DNA of 42,868 bases from Seison nebaliae (taxonomy: Eukaryota): positions 1 through 42,868 of the forward strand of contig JALJEE010002498.1 of assembly GCA_023231475.1 (NCBI GenBank), given 5' to 3'. This document shows, one piece after another, positions 38,352-42,868 of this stretch (its first letter is position 1; every line of letters starts with the position of its first letter). Below the pieces are notes generated by a model. That model was not told the origin of the DNA. It saw only the letters and a list, made by a program, of their open reading frames with translations, and did no database searches. Position numbers and translations under genes: made by a program.

Positions 38352-38711
38352 TCGACAAAGAGCTAATAAAGTCGAATATCTCCAAGAAAGAATTTTAGAT
38401 TGAGAATTGGTAGAAAAGAGTTTTTTGAAGTATTTTGAAGAAAATATTGAATGGATTACCCCTAAAAAAAGTCCAAATTGCTTGTTTCACAGTAATCCAG
38501 TCTCCAAATTGTCTCACCATCTCCATAAGATTTACGAAAGTTGGAGAGATTATAACTTGGAAACTGAATTACTCTGAAAGAAGCAATTTGAACTTTTTTA
38601 GTTGTAATCAATTCAATATTTTCCTCAAAATACTTCAAAAAACTCTTTTCTACCAATTCTCAATCTAAAATTCTTTCTTGGAGATATTCGACCTTATTAG
38701 CTCTTTGTCGA
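38352..38711. repeat. Long imperfect inverted repeat / fold-back hairpin (arms ~160 bp)
   Basis: 38352-38452 is the reverse complement of 38611-38711 with 2 mismatches. Pairing continues with more mismatches to ~38515/38546. Confidence 0.97.
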
Positions 38712-38922
38712 AAGGGAAATTTCCCGTAGTTTTTTTCAAATTATCGACTGTTCCCAAAGTTTTTTTTAACAGACCGGGGAAATCCTCTTTGTTAATTAAT
38801 TGCTTATTGAAAGGAAATATGAAAAATAGGATTAAGTTCTCGATTTTTTTCTTTAGGTCAAGAAATACAGGAAGAAATTTGAAAAGATAACTTCTTTTTC
38901 ATTTTACTTTATTTAATCCGAA

Positions 38923-40362
38923 ATGGATTTGGAAACAAACTACACCTATTCTTTAATGGATGATCGTTGGCAAATCCTAGATGACATGGGAATGGGTAGT
39001 AAAGCTAAAGTTAGAGGATTTTCAAATCCTTCGACAATGGGTGTTTGTTTAACCAATGTTATTATGGGAATGATTACTTCAAGTGTGAATCTAATGAATT
39101 TAATTAAATGCAGACAAAAAGATTGCCCAACCAATTTGACATACCAAAATAAACAAATAAGAAATTTTTTATGTGCTGATAATGCTGAAATTCTTTCTTT
39201 GACTGTTGGTTTATCTGATATTTTAGTTAAAGGGTTATGTGACGTAGTGACCGAGAAAAATAACTCGAAATTGGGAGTTGCGATTGATTATTATTTACTG
39301 AAGTCAATTAGAGATCACCATGTTATAGATTATTCACTTGGGTCAGCTGAAATGATTTGTACACATCTAGTTCAATCTATTAAATATTCGACCTCAATTG
39401 ATTATCCTCGATGGAACAATATCGTAAAAGACTTATTGAATTCTAATTCTGTTGAACAAGAATCTTATCCATTTCATTTAAATTGGTTCTCCAAAATTAG
39501 GATGTTAAATTTACAGGCACTCCTACCTGGAATTGAATATAATCCAGCAGATATCAGGCCTTTATTACCGAATTATTTATACATGTTTGAAAAGAATGAC
39601 GTCTACCAACTAAATGAACGACTTTCCAAATTGAAGATTGATCCCAGTATTATTACTATTTCTTTTGGTGCAGTTTCCATTTCGCGGTTGCACAATAGAT
39701 TTTATTATGACTTTATACAACTCTTAAATAGAACTTATCAGCTTAACGTATCTTATAATCTCAGACATTTGAATGTTTACTACTATCTACAATCTATCTC
39801 AATGCCGTCTCTGAAGCCGAACAACAACACTAAATATACGTTCACCGTAAATAAAACAGAGAAAATTTTTACGTTAAAAGGTATTTCGATACTTTTAATG
39901 GAGGAGAATGTGATAAAACTAAATGAAATAGGACAACCGATCAAACTGCTACCGAAAATTGAAAAACTGTCCAAAAATTGCCAAGATGATATGATCATAC
40001 ATATTAATAATCTGTTATTGGAAAGAAATTTGACAACGTTGTTAAGATTAATGGAAATTAACATAAGGACTATAAAATTGCAGTTCAACAAAATTTGTAC
40101 ATTTCTGATGACAAAGGCAAGAAGAACTTATTCCGATAATCATGGTGTTCATGGAATTGGTTTAATTTCTCGAAATGAGCAGTGGATATTAATGAATGAT
40201 AATAATTCATTTGTAATTAATGATATTGGTAACTTCAGTCACATGCTAAAAGACGAATCTGTTAACTCTGTATTATTAGAGGAGGAATTGGAAGAAAGGG
40301 AAGAATCATTCAAACATTTTATGTCACAGAAAAAACTAATCACATTAAATAATTCTTTGTAA
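38923..40362 (+). CDS. Divergent ubiquitin-specific protease (peptidase C19)-like protein, intronless, 479 aa
   Basis: Cys-box-like RGFSNPSTMGVCLTNVIMGMI (cf. GLxNxGNTCYxNSxLQxL; Cys42 at 39046), a QQDAxEFL-position segment GSAEMICTHLVQSI, and His-box-like GVHGIGLISRNEQWILMND (cf. GHYxAyv..WxxfND), in the expected order. Confidence 0.65.
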   Translation: MDLETNYTYSLMDDRWQILDDMGMGSKAKVRGFSNPSTMGVCLTNVIMGMITSSVNLMNLIKCRQKDCPTNLTYQNKQIRNFLCADNAEILSLTVGLSDILVKGLCDVVTEKNNSKLGVAIDYYLLKSIRDHHVIDYSLGSAEMICTHLVQSIKYSTSIDYPRWNNIVKDLLNSNSVEQESYPFHLNWFSKIRMLNLQALLPGIEYNPADIRPLLPNYLYMFEKNDVYQLNERLSKLKIDPSIITISFGAVSISRLHNRFYYDFIQLLNRTYQLNVSYNLRHLNVYYYLQSISMPSLKPNNNTKYTFTVNKTEKIFTLKGISILLMEENVIKLNEIGQPIKLLPKIEKLSKNCQDDMIIHINNLLLERNLTTLLRLMEINIRTIKLQFNKICTFLMTKARRTYSDNHGVHGIGLISRNEQWILMNDNNSFVINDIGNFSHMLKDESVNSVLLEEELEEREESFKHFMSQKKLITLNNSL

Positions 40363-41769
40363 ATTTGTTCAAAAGTATTGACTTTAGTTATTTATTTATA
40401 ACTTATTTTTAATTTAAAAATGACACCACAAATAAAGAATGTATAGGTACCACAAGTAATAAAAGAAAAGACGATAATCGGGAGAGAATGTATTTTTATA
40501 GCATTATTAATTCTACCTTATCCTTATTTATTCCTTATTCGATTTATTTAGTATTAACGGATAAAATCGTTCATATTGATCATAACTTTTTGATTTATTC
40601 AATATACCGTCTTGTGGGGGAAAAATGAGACACTTCGTAACATGCTTCTTTTTATTAGCCCTAAATCATTTTCCTAATATGTAAATTTCTTTTAAAATAA
40701 TTTTATAGGTTTAAAAGAATACGTACTTTCATAATATGAATTCATTTTTATCAAATTTTAAATAAGAAGAAAGTTGCAGCCATTTAAAAATATTTTTGAT
40801 TATGATGTTGATCGACTAAGCTTTTTGGCCAAAAAAAATTCAATTTATTCTCATTATAAGATGTATCGAAAATGATTGAAAATCTCCATAGAAGCGGACT
40901 AATTCATTATAAGATAGAATCTGTCAAATTTTTAGAAAGTTTAATTGCCGGAAAAAAACATTAATTACAAATGAAGTGGTTGGGGCAATATGAAACACTC
41001 ATTTTTCAAATGAGAAGAATCACAAATATTTAAAATTTCAACATTTATTTTATTTATATATATTTATAAAAATACATTATGGTTCCGAATTTTCTTTATC
41101 AAATTGCTCACTCAAATCCATACACTCGTTTTTAAAATTAGAAAAATGAGAATTCTTAAAAAATGTTATTTTTAATTAATTAATTTAAAAAATTTTTGAT
41201 TCTTCTCATTTGAACAACAATTTAACAATTTAATAAGGCATTCTTGCTACATATTTTATACAAGAATCTGTGCACTTTTAAGTACGTTGAAAGACATGTA
41301 CATTTTGTTATAGTTTTTTATATCATAAGGACAAAAATTTTGAACTGCAATTTCGTAACATGCTCAAGAGATTGAAATTGAGATATCTAGAGCTTTCCCC
41401 ATTATTGCGAATAGGGTGGGTGAAAAATAGGGAGCTCAAATGAATAGAGCAGAAAAGAGCGAATTCATCAGGATGATAAGGTTATTATCGATATGATATA
41501 ATTCGGAAGATAATGAACAAGAACAATGAATTTCTTTGTTTTTATCAATTTTAATTCGTTAGTTTTTAAATACTCATAACTTTCTTCATATTACCAGTGT
41601 CCCGTGTTATGGTATTGAAGATCTGAAGATCTGAATCGACAAACAATGGAAACTTTTTTTATACACTCTCCAATGTCTATAAATAAATCTGATATATCCA
41701 CAAGGTGTCTAGTTTTCCTATAAATCTTTCACAGTTCCGTGAGCCTTACATTAAGAATCGCACACTCAT

Positions 41770-42868
41770 TTAACGTCGGTCTCTATAATGGCTCATAAGA
41801 ATCGGTTTCATATGTTGTTTGAGATAGTTTCTACGATTATAAGAACTTTCTTCATGCCACACCATATCAAAAACATAACTATATGCAGAATGGTATCTTA
41901 CCAAAGCTACCTGTATATTGATTACTTTTAATACCAGGTCATTGTTAACAAAGTACCATTTATCGCTAAAAGATTTTACGAAAGCTACAATATGACCGGT
42001 TAAAGACTTTCTATATCTAATGTCTACAAATTTCTCATATTGTGTTCTTAGTCTGTTAGATTTCTGTTCTTTATAATAATTTAAATTCACCAGCGTTTCA
42101 TAAAATACCGCAGAGGAGACTAGTTCTACAGCAATTTGCATACTCTGTTTTGTCATGATGGGATTGTCTTGAAGTTGGCGATAAGTTTTTAATATATCCA
42201 TAATGGTATGTTTGTTCCGTTCAATAATTTCAGCGGATAATTTAGGAAATTTATATACTTGTCTTATTCCCACTAAATCTTCTGCCTCAATTGCCAATGT
42301 TATTCCGATCAATAAATAATTCTTATCATTATGATTGGGAAGAAAATTTTTGAAGAGTTTCTGAGTTTTAAATTCATTACCGTTCCAATATTGAGGGTTT
42401 AAGGTTGGTCGATAAGGTGAAAATAACAGCTCTTTCGGCGATAGTGTTGGAAATTTGTCTCGAAGATCGTTCATCGTCAAAAATGGAACCTGATTGACAA
42501 AATTAACAACAGCTATGATCGTTCTTGCTAACTTCCGATGAGCATCTATGGACAACTGTACTGGACCAATTTTTCGAAAGTCTCTATTTTCAGGAATTAT
42601 TACAACGTTGGGATAACTGTAGTTCTTTATAATTTCAATGCACCTTTCTTTCATCCATGGTAAATCCATTAGAATTTGATGGTTGAATAAATGGTTCTTT
42701 AGGGAATCCAGATACTCTACGTATGTCCCATCAAAATTATAATATTTTCTTTCAAATCCGTATGGTATGTAATCGACGTTTAACACTTTTATTGGAGGAT
42801 AATATATCATATATTCTGTAAGCTCTTTAATCTTTGGAAAGGGATTGGGCCCATGTACAAATACTGGT
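41770..42868 (-). CDS. Second divergent USP-like paralog, C-terminal part; frame stays open to the window edge (5'-truncated)
   Basis: His-box-like TGHIVAFVKSFSDKWYFVNNDLV. Upstream of the tracked Met the frame reads PVFVHGPNPFPKIKELTEY without a stop. NPFPKIKEL..IYYPPIKVL..YIPYGFERK aligns by eye with NWFSKIRML..IEYNPADIRPL..YLYMFEKN of 38923-40362. Confidence 0.65.
   Translation of the reverse strand, partial: PVFVHGPNPFPKIKELTEYMIYYPPIKVLNVDYIPYGFERKYYNFDGTYVEYLDSLKNHLFNHQILMDLPWMKERCIEIIKNYSYPNVVIIPENRDFRKIGPVQLSIDAHRKLARTIIAVVNFVNQVPFLTMNDLRDKFPTLSPKELLFSPYRPTLNPQYWNGNEFKTQKLFKNFLPNHNDKNYLLIGITLAIEAEDLVGIRQVYKFPKLSAEIIERNKHTIMDILKTYRQLQDNPIMTKQSMQIAVELVSSAVFYETLVNLNYYKEQKSNRLRTQYEKFVDIRYRKSLTGHIVAFVKSFSDKWYFVNNDLVLKVINIQVALVRYHSAYSYVFDMVWHEESSYNRRNYLKQHMKPILMSHYRDRR

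Noticed and set aside
1..42868. CRISPR arrays, tRNA, rRNA, spliceosomal snRNA, transposase or reverse transcriptase genes
   Set aside because: No spaced direct-repeat array, cloverleaf, known snRNA 5' sequence or DDE/YxDD-bearing ORF was recognised by eye.

Overview
AT-rich, compact eukaryotic (invertebrate metazoan-type) genomic DNA with very short introns; no prokaryotic operon, CRISPR, tRNA or rRNA signal was seen. The gene-dense left 8 kb holds the 5' part of a GH29 alpha-L-fucosidase, an Ap4A-hydrolase-like Nudix gene, two tandem ATD-less ionotropic glutamate receptor/IR-like genes, a GTSF1-like double CHHC zinc-finger gene, a ~500-nt non-coding island with many complementary segments, and a two-RRM gene. 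An ~11-kb gene-poor stretch follows, then a probable ~4,100-aa disordered acidic protein with a ~10-kb exon. The right end has a 360-bp fold-back hairpin beside two convergent, intronless, very divergent USP-like (peptidase C19) paralogs. Strongest leads: (1) the hairpin plus USP-like pair as a possible hpRNA/target module; (2) 18 of 19 reconstructed short introns start GTT and none GTA/GTG; (3) Lys at the Q/R site of both receptors; (4) the candidate structured ncRNA at ~6.33-6.86 kb. All alignments, splice models and folds were done by eye.
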